This document shows, one piece after another, positions 50,070-59,474 of a DNA stretch of 64,000 bases (position 1 is its first letter; each line of letters starts with the position of its first letter). The translations under genes were made by a program, and so were the position numbers. The stretch comes from Candidatus Hadarchaeota archaeon (GTDB lineage: Archaea; Hadarchaeota; Hadarchaeia; Hadarchaeales; JAGGTB01): positions 32,001-96,000 of the forward strand of contig CAYLJV010000002.1 in NCBI GenBank assembly GCA_964384105.1, given 5' to 3'. Below the pieces are notes generated by a model. That model did no database searches and was not told the origin of the DNA. It saw only the letters and a program-made list of their open reading frames with translations.

Positions 50070-51515
50070 ATTCGACGGAAATCATTACCGTTTCAACATA
50101 CGGCTATAGTTTTAATCTTCATCATAGTAGTCTCTTCGATCCCCATCCCGATAACAAAGGCATTACAGACGGCAGGGAACAGAGAGACCCCCGAAGAGGT
50201 AGCCAGACCTCTGATTACCCACGATATATTTCATATTACCGAAAATATTTTCGTTCCAAGTGGTCCGATAAGGTACAACATAACTGGCGGAATACGAGGT
50301 AACGATCCCGAGATAGCTCTCACGGAAGCTGGGAAAAAAGTGTCGGTAAGTCTCTTTTCATCAAGCCCACACGAGGGACCAATCGAAATCCCGGGTATAC
50401 TGGAGTTTATGCTAGTTGAGGTCGACCAGGTTGGCAATTTTATTAGGGTAGTAGATAGGAAAACGGAGAACGTGGAAAATCTTGGGAGTATGATATGGAG
50501 CACTAGACTGCCAGAAAATAAAGTGGCCAGATACAAATTAGGAGCGATCATTCGGGATGAAGATGGAGATATACGTGGTAAAATAGTATCAACGGTTAAA
50601 TCAATGATACTCGATCTAGATCTAACAGTCAACAAAAAGAGACTTCCCATTGGGGAAAAACTAGAATACAGTATTCACAATAATGGATCAGTCGAAGTTT
50701 CTTATGGATTCCCACCTCACAGAATCAGTTATTGGGAAAACGATGAGTGGATATATGCAAAATGGTTCCACCCTCTTGCAGATTCAGAATTACATAGTCT
50801 CAGATCCGGTAAAACTAGTACATATATCGTAAATTTATCCACTGACTCAATCTCAAATCGGTACTTTAAACTGCTCTACCCACACCTTGTCAATCCCGTT
50901 CCCTTGGGAAATTATAGAGTATCAGTAGGTATTACAGAAGCTGAAGACCAAACAAGTGGAGCACATAAGGATATTTCAATTAGGTTATCAGAGACTTTTG
51001 AGATAACAACTGAAGGCAGTCTTGAGCCAGAGATCATTTTAGATAAAGGGGAATTCCGACCTGGAGAGAATTTTAACTACGCTTTAGTAAATCGAGGAGC
51101 TGCCGAGCTAACTTTTACGAAAGACCCAGACCCCCACGTGATCCAGATGCCCCAGACTATCGAATACTGGAATATGAAAGAATGGGTGAAACCATATTGG
51201 TTGGAAGAATCAGATAAAGAGAACCTTCGAGTTCCTATTAACTATAGCTACAAGGGTCCCCACTACTACAATACAGGATTTGACAATTATAATCACAATA
51301 TCGATCTTTCTGAATTCCGTCCAGGTAAGTATAGACTTAAAATAGAGAACGTTTATGCATTGGGAACGAACGTATCCACCACTGTTATGAAAGAATTCAA
51401 TGTCGAGCCAAAAAATAGTTTATTCTCTAGATTATTAATCATCTTAGGGTTAATTATAGTCGGAAGCGGAATATTTGTCATAATTTTCAAATCTCGAAAT
51501 AAGACTAATCTTTAG
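50070..51515 (+). CDS. surface protein with two Ig-like repeats and C-terminal TM anchor
   Basis: The frame extends 90 codons above GTG 50340 and includes a signal peptide (RRKSLPFQHTAIVLIFIIVVSS...TKA) starting at ATT 50070 after GGGGGAG. Confidence 0.75.
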   Translation: MRRKSLPFQHTAIVLIFIIVVSSIPIPITKALQTAGNRETPEEVARPLITHDIFHITENIFVPSGPIRYNITGGIRGNDPEIALTEAGKKVSVSLFSSSPHEGPIEIPGILEFMLVEVDQVGNFIRVVDRKTENVENLGSMIWSTRLPENKVARYKLGAIIRDEDGDIRGKIVSTVKSMILDLDLTVNKKRLPIGEKLEYSIHNNGSVEVSYGFPPHRISYWENDEWIYAKWFHPLADSELHSLRSGKTSTYIVNLSTDSISNRYFKLLYPHLVNPVPLGNYRVSVGITEAEDQTSGAHKDISIRLSETFEITTEGSLEPEIILDKGEFRPGENFNYALVNRGAAELTFTKDPDPHVIQMPQTIEYWNMKEWVKPYWLEESDKENLRVPINYSYKGPHYYNTGFDNYNHNIDLSEFRPGKYRLKIENVYALGTNVSTTVMKEFNVEPKNSLFSRLLIILGLIIVGSGIFVIIFKSRNKTNL

Positions 51516-51673
51516 ACTCTTAGCAGTTGAAACACCCGTTGTGCATTCTATTCCCTTTTTACTATCACTTACAAGGGCCTTGTGCAAATCTCAATTTTTC
51601 AGTAATTACTAAAAGAATAGGAAGTTGCACAAAATATCTTGATCTACAAATAAAAAAACTAATTCTGGGAATT

Positions 51674-52540
51674 TCAATTCAAAGACTGGACAGTTACTGT
51701 TTCTTGAGGCAGATAAAGTTCTCCCTCTCCAGTGGCGATTACAAGTTTAGGTTCGTCTACCTCCTCAGGGCAAGAATGGGCTACTTCTATCGGTAACGAT
51801 TCTATATTTTCCATATAAATTGGGCGTCCATCCGTCTCCCTATCCCAAGGAGGACGTAGAGAGACTTCTATCTTTTCTGAGGATCTACCAGAAACTATAC
51901 CTAAGTCCCACCGGGGATAGTCAAGATAAACAGTGTGCTTTTCGGGTGTGTAAATACATGCATATAACCTCGGCGGGTCAGTATGTCTGGAGAACAAGAA
52001 ATCATTTTTAACTTCAAGTGTTCCTATGGGTATCGATTCCTCTCCACCTTCCCAAGCTCCTTCGAAACTGACTCTATCCTGAAAATCCAACTCGTAGGAT
52101 GGTTGCGATCCTATTACGTCGAAGGAAACAAAAGCTAGAATAATAATTAACAGAGAAACCAATATTCCTCGCTTCAATCCTTTGCTGATTTTTAATCCTC
52201 TCTGCCACTGATAACCCATTCCAATAAACAAGATCGAGGAGACTACAAGAGCCAAAAATACCGCGTTTGTTCCCAGACTAAAGGTATCAATAATATACCA
52301 AAGGAAGACGATGTAGGATAGCACTGATAACACGTAAAAGAACTTGTCCAGGATTCTCTTATTTATCAGATTACCAGAAACAAGAAAAGTAGGGAACGCT
52401 ATCAACAGAATTATCGATTTTATAGTCGGTGAAAGATCGGCTATTATCTCTCGACCAAAGTAAACAACAGCGACTACACCAAGAGCTATACCCACAATAT
52501 AAAGCAAATCGGAAGCATCAATATCGAAGTCAAGAGCCAA
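51674..52540 (-). CDS. hypothetical 5-TM membrane protein with extracellular domain
   Basis: GAGGAGG RBS; TM helices then acidic domain with two Cys. Confidence 0.75.
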   Translation of the reverse strand: MALDFDIDASDLLYIVGIALGVVAVVYFGREIIADLSPTIKSIILLIAFPTFLVSGNLINKRILDKFFYVLSVLSYIVFLWYIIDTFSLGTNAVFLALVVSSILFIGMGYQWQRGLKISKGLKRGILVSLLIIILAFVSFDVIGSQPSYELDFQDRVSFEGAWEGGEESIPIGTLEVKNDFLFSRHTDPPRLYACIYTPEKHTVYLDYPRWDLGIVSGRSSEKIEVSLRPPWDRETDGRPIYMENIESLPIEVAHSCPEEVDEPKLVIATGEGELYLPQETVTVQSLN

Positions 52541-52579
52541 TTTAGATACCTCCTCGATTTTTAATTAGACGGATATTGT

Positions 52580-52616
52580 AGTATAAATTAAGTTCCAGAA
52601 CTGAAACGAAATTTAA
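52580..52616. repeat. 37-bp repeat at a divergent gene junction, copy 2
   Basis: AGTATAAATTAAGTTCCAGAACTGAAACGAAATTTAA. Confidence 0.8.
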
Positions 52617-52643
52617 GTAACTTATACAAGATAGAATTTCACG

Positions 52644-53342
52644 ATGGGTATCCGAGGAAAAAAGTACTGGATAATTGCGATAATTGTATCATTAGTCGTA
52701 GGACTGGGAACTTACTCTATAGTCAACTCCCTCTCAGAGGAAGAATCGAGGGAACTATTCATAAAAGAGGGTGGAAAACAGGTCGAGCTGGAGAACGTAA
52801 AATACTCGGTCGAAAGAGTCGAGAACTTAATCAAAGAGCACGCCTACCGTTTGGAACTTCGAATTAAGAAGGAGTTCGAGGATATAGAAAATCTTCCCAA
52901 AACTCTGAACTTGAAAATATCGGAAAGCGTCTATCTAAGATCTCTCGAGAATTCGATACTCTACAGAGAAACCAACGAAAGAACAGTAGGTTCCCTGGAC
53001 TGGCTCTTCTCTCCGATCGCATCTGGAGCGGTTTTCGCCGCACTAGCAGCAATTAGACTTCGAAAGCCCGAGACACGAGGACAAGCCGCAACCCTACTTC
53101 TCGAAAATGGATGGGAACAGGCGAGAGTCCGGGACGTGGAATTGTTAGCAGCAATAATCAAGATGAAAAGATTCACTATCCCTGAACTTATGAGTCGTGT
53201 CGGAACTTCGAAGAGCACAACCTATCGGACCGTCAGAGAACTTGCCGAACTGGGTTTAATCGAAGAGACTGAGGAAGAGAAAACTCCTGACAGCGTAAGA
53301 GGAAAACCAAGTAAGGTTTACAGATACACAGAAACCGGTTAA
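52644..53342 (+). CDS. membrane-tethered winged-HTH protein
   Basis: N-terminal TM, second hydrophobic segment, FTIPELMSRVGTSKSTTYRTVRELAELGLIE...RGKPSKVYR. Confidence 0.75.
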   Translation: MGIRGKKYWIIAIIVSLVVGLGTYSIVNSLSEEESRELFIKEGGKQVELENVKYSVERVENLIKEHAYRLELRIKKEFEDIENLPKTLNLKISESVYLRSLENSILYRETNERTVGSLDWLFSPIASGAVFAALAAIRLRKPETRGQAATLLLENGWEQARVRDVELLAAIIKMKRFTIPELMSRVGTSKSTTYRTVRELAELGLIEETEEEKTPDSVRGKPSKVYRYTETG

Positions 53343-53351
53343 AATCAATTA

Positions 53352-53554
53352 TTTTTTGTTATGGGTGTAACAAAAAGCCGGGTTAGTAAAAAATATTGAT
53401 TTTGAAGAACTTTTTAAAAAGTTACAGTCAATTGAGTCCAGTCTCAAATTATAGGTGACCTATATTAAATCCCTAAATATTGATTTAATTTGGAATCAAA
53501 AGCTAATTCGGCGTTTTCTTTTACAAAATTTTTTGTTACGGGCATAACAAAAAA
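53352..53554. repeat. 203-bp composite site: palindrome A (53352-53376), dif-like core B (53442-53471), palindrome A' (53529-53554)
   Basis: A and B are exact inverted copies of 3643-3667 and 3708-3737; A and A' form terminal inverted repeats; extra palindrome AACTTTTTAAAAAGTT at 53408-53423. Confidence 0.85.
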
Positions 53555-53676
53555 CTCTCTCTAATCCTGTATTAATGTGTCAGCCACCACCAATAGGTTA
53601 TTTAAATTTTGTTTCCCGATCGAAACAAAGCCTAAATAGACTCTAACCTCATACCGTCTGGAAATGGAGACTTTTT

Positions 53677-54309
53677 ATGAAATTAAAAGATATTTTCCGG
53701 AAAAAATCCTTCAAATACCCGCTTATTGCGATTATAATACTCTTTTTCCTCTCAATAGTTCTCATAAACGCTAATTTTAACGCCACTAAGAGTAAAACAT
53801 CTATAAACACATCTAAAGAATCCTTTTCGGTTTCTGAATCTGAAATTGAAACGGATCTTAGAGAAAGAGTATTTCTTTATGTAGAAGACCAGTCACTCAA
53901 CGGAACTCTTGATAAAAATCTCCAAGAGTTTTTAAAAGAAACCAGTTCAGATGTCAAATCTTTCTTGAATTTAAAGGAGAGTTTTGGTGGTCCGACTATC
54001 GCTGTTAAAATACTTCGTGAGAAAATTGACTACATCCCACTTTATTCGATGGGTGAAATTGATGTCCTGTTCTTCTATTCCTCATCCGGTGAAACTTCTT
54101 ACTTCGAAAAATTCGTAAGAGAAGAATTTGGCGGGCCTAATGTGACAGTTATTTTTGAATCTTCTGACGGACCCCAAAAAATAGTTAGGGGAAAATTGAC
54201 TCTCAGGGACATCAGTTACGGGATCACGACACCAGGAGGATACAAAAACCGATTGGCGGAACAGATAGCGAGGAGAGTTTCAAACGAAATTAAAGAAATT
54301 TCTTTCTAG
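53677..54309 (+). CDS. hypothetical membrane-anchored protein
   Basis: N-terminal TM. Confidence 0.7.
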   Translation: MKLKDIFRKKSFKYPLIAIIILFFLSIVLINANFNATKSKTSINTSKESFSVSESEIETDLRERVFLYVEDQSLNGTLDKNLQEFLKETSSDVKSFLNLKESFGGPTIAVKILREKIDYIPLYSMGEIDVLFFYSSSGETSYFEKFVREEFGGPNVTVIFESSDGPQKIVRGKLTLRDISYGITTPGGYKNRLAEQIARRVSNEIKEISF

Positions 54310-54414
54310 TCCCTCAGTAATTAAATGGAGTACTTTTGCAGCTAACCTATGCCTGTAAAAAATACAAAATATCTCCCGATGAAATTTCATAGAAAAATTA
54401 ACTGATACACAAAA

Positions 54415-55236
54415 TCAACGAGATTCCCGGTAACCTTCCACACTCCCTTGCTTTATCTCCCTCGCGAATTCCCCAATATCAGACAAAGTACTCTCCGGAT
54501 CTTCCAAATTCCGTCCGTATATCCTGCCAAGAGCACTCCCAGTTATAACTCCATCAGCCCCAGCCGAAACAATTGCTCTGGCGTGCTCCCTTCGAGATAT
54601 TCCAAAGCCAGCCATCATTGGTATACCTGTACGGTCTCTCACCCTCTCGATCAGTTCAATTGTAGAACTCGGAAGAGAGTCCCTGGCCCCTGTAACTCCC
54701 TCAACATTTATAATGTAAATAAAGCCTGAGGCAGAATCAAGAATTTTATCCAACCGATTCTCCGAGGTATTCGGCGTTACCTGCAAGATAACATCTATAT
54801 CGTTCTTCCCCCCAGCATCCAACACTTCTTGGATTTCTTCAACCGGTAAATTGGGAATTATCACACCCTGAGCTCCGGCCTCACTTATATCCTCAAAAAA
54901 TTTCTCTAAACCATAGACATACGGTATGTTATAGTAAGTAGTGACTATCAATGGAACCTTCAAACCTTCAGCCCTCAACTTCCTTATTCCTTCAATGCAC
55001 CTCGCTGGCGTAATCCCATTCTTTAAGGCTCTCTCGCAAGCCGACTGAAAGACCGGTCCATCGGCTGTAGGATCGGAGAAAGGAATTCCAAATTCGATGA
55101 AGTCCGCCCCGTTTTCAACTAATTCCTTCACTTGTTTCAAAGAAAACTGTTCGCTTGGGTCTCCATAGTATATATGGGGCATATAGGCCCCTTCTCTCTT
55201 TTCTTTCAGATCCTCAAACCTTTCATCTATTCTCAT
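54415..55236 (-). CDS. trpA: tryptophan synthase alpha chain
   Basis: GDP, EFGIPFSDPTADGP, GVTG, GFGIS, ADGVITGS. Confidence 0.95.
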   Translation of the reverse strand: MRIDERFEDLKEKREGAYMPHIYYGDPSEQFSLKQVKELVENGADFIEFGIPFSDPTADGPVFQSACERALKNGITPARCIEGIRKLRAEGLKVPLIVTTYYNIPYVYGLEKFFEDISEAGAQGVIIPNLPVEEIQEVLDAGGKNDIDVILQVTPNTSENRLDKILDSASGFIYIINVEGVTGARDSLPSSTIELIERVRDRTGIPMMAGFGISRREHARAIVSAGADGVITGSALGRIYGRNLEDPESTLSDIGEFAREIKQGSVEGYRESR

Positions 55237-56428
55237 TTTTTACATACTCCAAAATCGTTTCCAAATCTTTCTCCCCTCTACCCGAGAAATTAAGCACGAC
55301 TATCTCATCCCTCTCGAACTCCTCCTGGTGGTTTATCATGTAGGCTACAGCATGAGCGGTTTCCAGAGCCGGAATCAGACCTTCAGACTTCGCCATGACT
55401 TTCACGGCTTCGAAGACCTCTTTATCGAACGCATAGCAGGCATTTATCCTGTCGATATCGTAGAGATGGGATAGCTCCGGACCCCTCGCCGGGTAGTTCA
55501 GGCCCGCACTTCTTGTCTTTGAGGGTTTTATCTGCCCGTTCTCATCTTGCAGAGTGTACATCAGAGCCCCGTGGATAACGCCCGGACTTCCCAGCTGGAA
55601 AGCCGCAGCACTGTTATCTGCGTCCAGGCTCTCCCCTCCACCCTCGACAAAGTAGAGTCTAACATCCTCGTCCACAAAAGGCCTAAAGGCACCCAGAGCA
55701 TTACTTCCACCACTACCACAGGCAACTATCGCATCGGGAAGCGTTCCCTCCCTCTCGAGAATCTGACTCTTTATCTCTTTCCCAATCACACTCTGGAAAC
55801 TGGCCACTATCTCCGGAAAAGGATGTGGCCCAACCGTCGAACCCATCAGATAATGGGTCGTGTTGGAACACGAGGCCCACTCTCTCAAAGTATCCGAAAC
55901 AGCGTCCTTCAAAACACCTCCACCAATATTTACGGGTCGTATATCAGCCCCAAGCAACTTCATTCTATCGACGTTCGAAGGTTGCCTCTTAATATCGTGA
56001 ACTCCCATGAAAACTTCGACTTCCAGATTGCAGACATTGCCTGCCATTGTACTCGCAACACCGTGCATCCCCGCCGCGGTCTCCGTTATCAATCGGGACT
56101 TACCCATCTCCTTGGCCAAAAGCGCCTGTCCCAGAGTGTTATTGAGTTTATGAGATCCACCGTACGTGATATCCTCACGTTTCAGATAGACCTTACATCC
56201 AATCTTCTCGCTGAATTTTTCGGCATGGTAAAGAGGTGTGGGTCTCCCACCAAAGTTCTTTAGTAAGTTCTGGTACTCCTTCTGAAATTTTGGGTCCGGA
56301 TAAAGTCTCTCGAACTTCTCTTCGAGTTCGAGGAGAGCCGGCATCAGCATTTCATTTACGTATCTTCCACCGAACCTGCCGAAACGACCCTTTTCATCAA
56401 CCGATCTTTCTAAGAGATTTTCTACCAC
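55223..56428 (-). CDS. trpB: tryptophan synthase beta chain (divergent)
   Basis: GRPTPL, LKRED...HKLNN, GPHPFP, EGLIPALETAHA, SGRG.KD. Confidence 0.93.
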   Translation of the reverse strand: MVENLLERSVDEKGRFGRFGGRYVNEMLMPALLELEEKFERLYPDPKFQKEYQNLLKNFGGRPTPLYHAEKFSEKIGCKVYLKREDITYGGSHKLNNTLGQALLAKEMGKSRLITETAAGMHGVASTMAGNVCNLEVEVFMGVHDIKRQPSNVDRMKLLGADIRPVNIGGGVLKDAVSDTLREWASCSNTTHYLMGSTVGPHPFPEIVASFQSVIGKEIKSQILEREGTLPDAIVACGSGGSNALGAFRPFVDEDVRLYFVEGGGESLDADNSAAAFQLGSPGVIHGALMYTLQDENGQIKPSKTRSAGLNYPARGPELSHLYDIDRINACYAFDKEVFEAVKVMAKSEGLIPALETAHAVAYMINHQEEFERDEIVVLNFSGRGEKDLETILEYVKNENR

Positions 56429-56430
56429 AA

Positions 56431-57081
56431 TTACCCACCTACCTCTCTTACAAATTCTTCCATAAGCTTATGATCTTTCTTACCAGGTTCAGATTCAACA
56501 CCACTAGAGACATCGACGGCGAAAGGTCGGACCTTTTCGATAGCCAAGCGGACGTTTGAAGGATTGAGACCACCTGCTAAGATTATCGGAACTTTCAGGT
56601 TATCCCTTATCATAGAACTAACTTCCCAATCATGTGTCTCTCCAGTTCCACCACCAGAACCCAGTTTGGTATCTAATAACAACCTGTCCGAAACAGCGGC
56701 AATATCTCTAGCCTCCGAGACCACCTCCGCGGACTCCTCAAAATCTTTAGATACATGAAAGACACCAATAACTTTGATTTTCTCGCGAATCTCCTCCATC
56801 TCTCGACCGTACATTCTATTATGTACCTGCAAAAAGTCTGGATTCAATTCATTCACCAGATCCTCTGCTTCATTTACATTTTCAGGAGTCGTAACTACTA
56901 CTCTCTCTACACCCTCCGGTACACTGTCAAACACCCTAGCCGCCTGTTCAACAGTAATATTCCTAGGAGTAGGGACGTTAACATTAACGACAACTCCTAC
57001 CATGTCCACCCCGATATCACAGGCCACCTTGGCATCCTCGGAGTTTGTAAATCCACATATCTTAGTTTTAACCACTTCCAT
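56431..57081 (-). CDS. trpF: phosphoribosylanthranilate isomerase
   Basis: KICG, GGTG.THDW, LAGGL, VDVSSGVE. Confidence 0.93.
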   Translation of the reverse strand: MEVVKTKICGFTNSEDAKVACDIGVDMVGVVVNVNVPTPRNITVEQAARVFDSVPEGVERVVVTTPENVNEAEDLVNELNPDFLQVHNRMYGREMEEIREKIKVIGVFHVSKDFEESAEVVSEARDIAAVSDRLLLDTKLGSGGGTGETHDWEVSSMIRDNLKVPIILAGGLNPSNVRLAIEKVRPFAVDVSSGVESEPGKKDHKLMEEFVREVGG

Positions 57082-57847
57082 CACCAAAAACAAGTTCACG
57101 AACCTTCCCCTCAACGTTATTGGACTTCATTATAGAAGTACCTACGAGAACAGCATCAGCCCCTGCCTCGAGGATCTTTTCAACATCCGCTCTATTCTTT
57201 ATACCACTCTCACTCAGAAGAACAGTATCCTCGGGAATATACCTGGAAATCCTCTCTGTTCTAGACAAGTCGATCTCCATAGTTCTCAGGTCCCTATTGT
57301 TTATGCCTATAATATCCGCATCAACAGAAGTTGCGAATTTTGCCTGATCTTTATCCCTGACTTCTACCAACGTCTCTAACTCAAGCTCCTTAGATTTATT
57401 AACAAATTTAGGAAGGGTGTCTCCCAAAACCTCAGTTATAAGTAAAACTGCATCGGCACCGTACTTCTTAGCTTGATAAAGCTGATATTCGTCTACAATG
57501 AAATCCTTTCGGAGGATTGGTACTTCAACTGTGTCATGAACCGTTCTCAGATATTCCAATTTACCCCTAAACCGATTGGATTCAGTTAATACCGAAATTC
57601 CTACAACTCCACCGTTGACCAAAGATATGGCAAGTCCATCAACCTCAAAATCGGACCTTATCAAACCCTCAGAAGGCGATGCGCGTTTAAGTTCCCCGAT
57701 CACCGGAGCATTTGACTCTTTCTTTATAGATTCGAGTAAACTTCTTTTCTCAAAATTTTCAAGATCCGGAAAGTCGATAGGATTAACTTTCTTCTCTCTC
57801 TCCACATCAGTACGGACATCTTCAACTATATCTTCCAGAATACTCAA
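57068..57847 (-). CDS. trpC: indole-3-glycerol phosphate synthase
   Basis: ELKRASPS, ISVLTE, PILRKDF, GINNRDL, SESGI. Confidence 0.95.
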   Translation of the reverse strand: MSILEDIVEDVRTDVEREKKVNPIDFPDLENFEKRSLLESIKKESNAPVIGELKRASPSEGLIRSDFEVDGLAISLVNGGVVGISVLTESNRFRGKLEYLRTVHDTVEVPILRKDFIVDEYQLYQAKKYGADAVLLITEVLGDTLPKFVNKSKELELETLVEVRDKDQAKFATSVDADIIGINNRDLRTMEIDLSRTERISRYIPEDTVLLSESGIKNRADVEKILEAGADAVLVGTSIMKSNNVEGKVRELVFGDGSG

Positions 57848-58899
57848 ATTGATTCCTCCAATTTTTCGATTTTAGTCATACTCCCACCACTGGCCCTCAC
57901 CAGTTGATCAAGTTTTTCATAAGCTCTACCGGAATCAACTGCTTCTCTAGCAATTTCTAAACCTTCTTCCAAATCCGTCGATTCGTCCCCAACAAAAATA
58001 GCGGCGGCGGCGTTCAACAGGGTTATATCTCTACAAGACCCACTCTCCCCATGCAATATCCTCAGCAGTATTCGAGCATTTTCCTTGGCATCCCCACCTG
58101 AAAGATCTTCTGGCTTTGCTTTGTGTATTCCCAAATCTCCAGGTTGAATACTGTAAGTCCTTATTTCATCGTCGATGAGCTCGGAAACTCGGGTCCTACC
58201 CAAAGTCGATATTTCATCAAGTCCATCCAACCCATTGAAAACCATAGCTCTCTCTGTCTCCAGTTTCTTCAATACCTCGGCTATCTTCTCTGTCAGAGAA
58301 TGATCGTATATGCCAACGGCTTGTGCTTTGGCTCCCGCCGGATTTGTCAGAGGACCCAAAAGATTGAAGACTGTCCTCAGCTTGATCTCTTTCCTCGGTC
58401 CAATGGCGTGCTTCATGGCTTTATGAAAAATTGGGGCGAACATAAAACCAATACCTATCCGCTCTATTGATTTTTCAACTTTGTCAGGGGCAAGCTCGAT
58501 ATTCACACCCAAAGCCTCGAGTACATCCGCGCTCCCAGATTTACTGGTGACAGAGCGATTGCCATGCTTCGCTATCGGGACGCCTGCACCTGCTGCCACG
58601 AACATCGCCGAAGTGCTTATATTAAACGTATTCAATCTGTCGCCCCCCGTTCCACAAGTGTCAACTAAAAACCCATCTACGTCGGGATGTATTCTAGTAG
58701 CAAACTTTTGCATCGCCCTGGCAAAGGATGCCATTTCAGTGGGTGTTTCACCCTTCATTCTCAAAGCGGCTAGAAGTGCCCCTATCTGAGCGGGAGTCGC
58801 TTCACCTGACATTATTTTTTCCATGACTCTCTCAGATTCATCTTCGGCAAGATCATCTCTCTCTATCAACTTGTTTATAGCCGTCTGTATAGTGCTCAA
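57844..58899 (-). CDS. trpD: anthranilate phosphoribosyltransferase
   Basis: DTCGTGGD, NIST, KHGNRS, GSADVLEALG, GLDE. Confidence 0.95.
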   Translation of the reverse strand: MSTIQTAINKLIERDDLAEDESERVMEKIMSGEATPAQIGALLAALRMKGETPTEMASFARAMQKFATRIHPDVDGFLVDTCGTGGDRLNTFNISTSAMFVAAGAGVPIAKHGNRSVTSKSGSADVLEALGVNIELAPDKVEKSIERIGIGFMFAPIFHKAMKHAIGPRKEIKLRTVFNLLGPLTNPAGAKAQAVGIYDHSLTEKIAEVLKKLETERAMVFNGLDGLDEISTLGRTRVSELIDDEIRTYSIQPGDLGIHKAKPEDLSGGDAKENARILLRILHGESGSCRDITLLNAAAAIFVGDESTDLEEGLEIAREAVDSGRAYEKLDQLVRASGGSMTKIEKLEESI

Positions 58900-59474
58900 T
58901 CTCCTCCAACCTCCAGAAAATTCTTTATAATTTTTTTTCCTTCCGAGGTCAAAATCGACTCGGGATGGAACTGTAAACCAAATAATGGGTAGTCTCTATG
59001 CTGTATCCCCATTATCTCCCCGCTGTCATCCAAGGTCCTAGAAGTAACCCGAAAACAGTCGGGAAGAGAAGAGCTATCGACTACAAGAGAATGATATCTA
59101 GTTGCTTCAAGAGGATTTGAAATATTTCTATAGAGAAAGCTTCCGTCATGCTCTATCATAGAGGTTTTACCATGCATTATCTCTCTGGCGTACGAAATCC
59201 TAGCGTCGAAGGCGTATGCTATGACCTGATGACCGAGGCAAACACCCAAAATAGGTATCTTAAGGCCAAGACTTCTCACTACTTCTAGAGAAATTCCTGA
59301 ATCCTCTGGCCTTCCCGGACCTGGAGAAATCACTATCCTGTCAGGATCTTCTTTTTCGATATCTTCTAAATTAGAATCATTTCGGAATACTACCGGATCT
59401 GCTCCTAACTCACCGACATATTGAACGAGATTATAGACAAAGGAATCAATATTATCAATTACAGCTACTTTCAA
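58896..59474 (-). CDS. trpG: anthranilate synthase component II
   Basis: IDNIDSF, SPGPG, GVCLGHQ, RYHSL, QFHPES. Confidence 0.95.
   Translation of the reverse strand: MKVAVIDNIDSFVYNLVQYVGELGADPVVFRNDSNLEDIEKEDPDRIVISPGPGRPEDSGISLEVVRSLGLKIPILGVCLGHQVIAYAFDARISYAREIMHGKTSMIEHDGSFLYRNISNPLEATRYHSLVVDSSSLPDCFRVTSRTLDDSGEIMGIQHRDYPLFGLQFHPESILTSEGKKIIKNFLEVGGD

Noticed and set aside
52591-52607. GTTCCAGAACTGAAAC resembles an ORB origin element
   Set aside because: Spacing differs from the ORB consensus, there is no G-string or clustering, and no cdc6/orc1 gene nearby.
49093-52616. Repeat contains ATTGAAAC, like the 3' end of CRISPR repeats
   Set aside because: Copies are kilobases apart with genes between them; no regular spacers and no cas genes.
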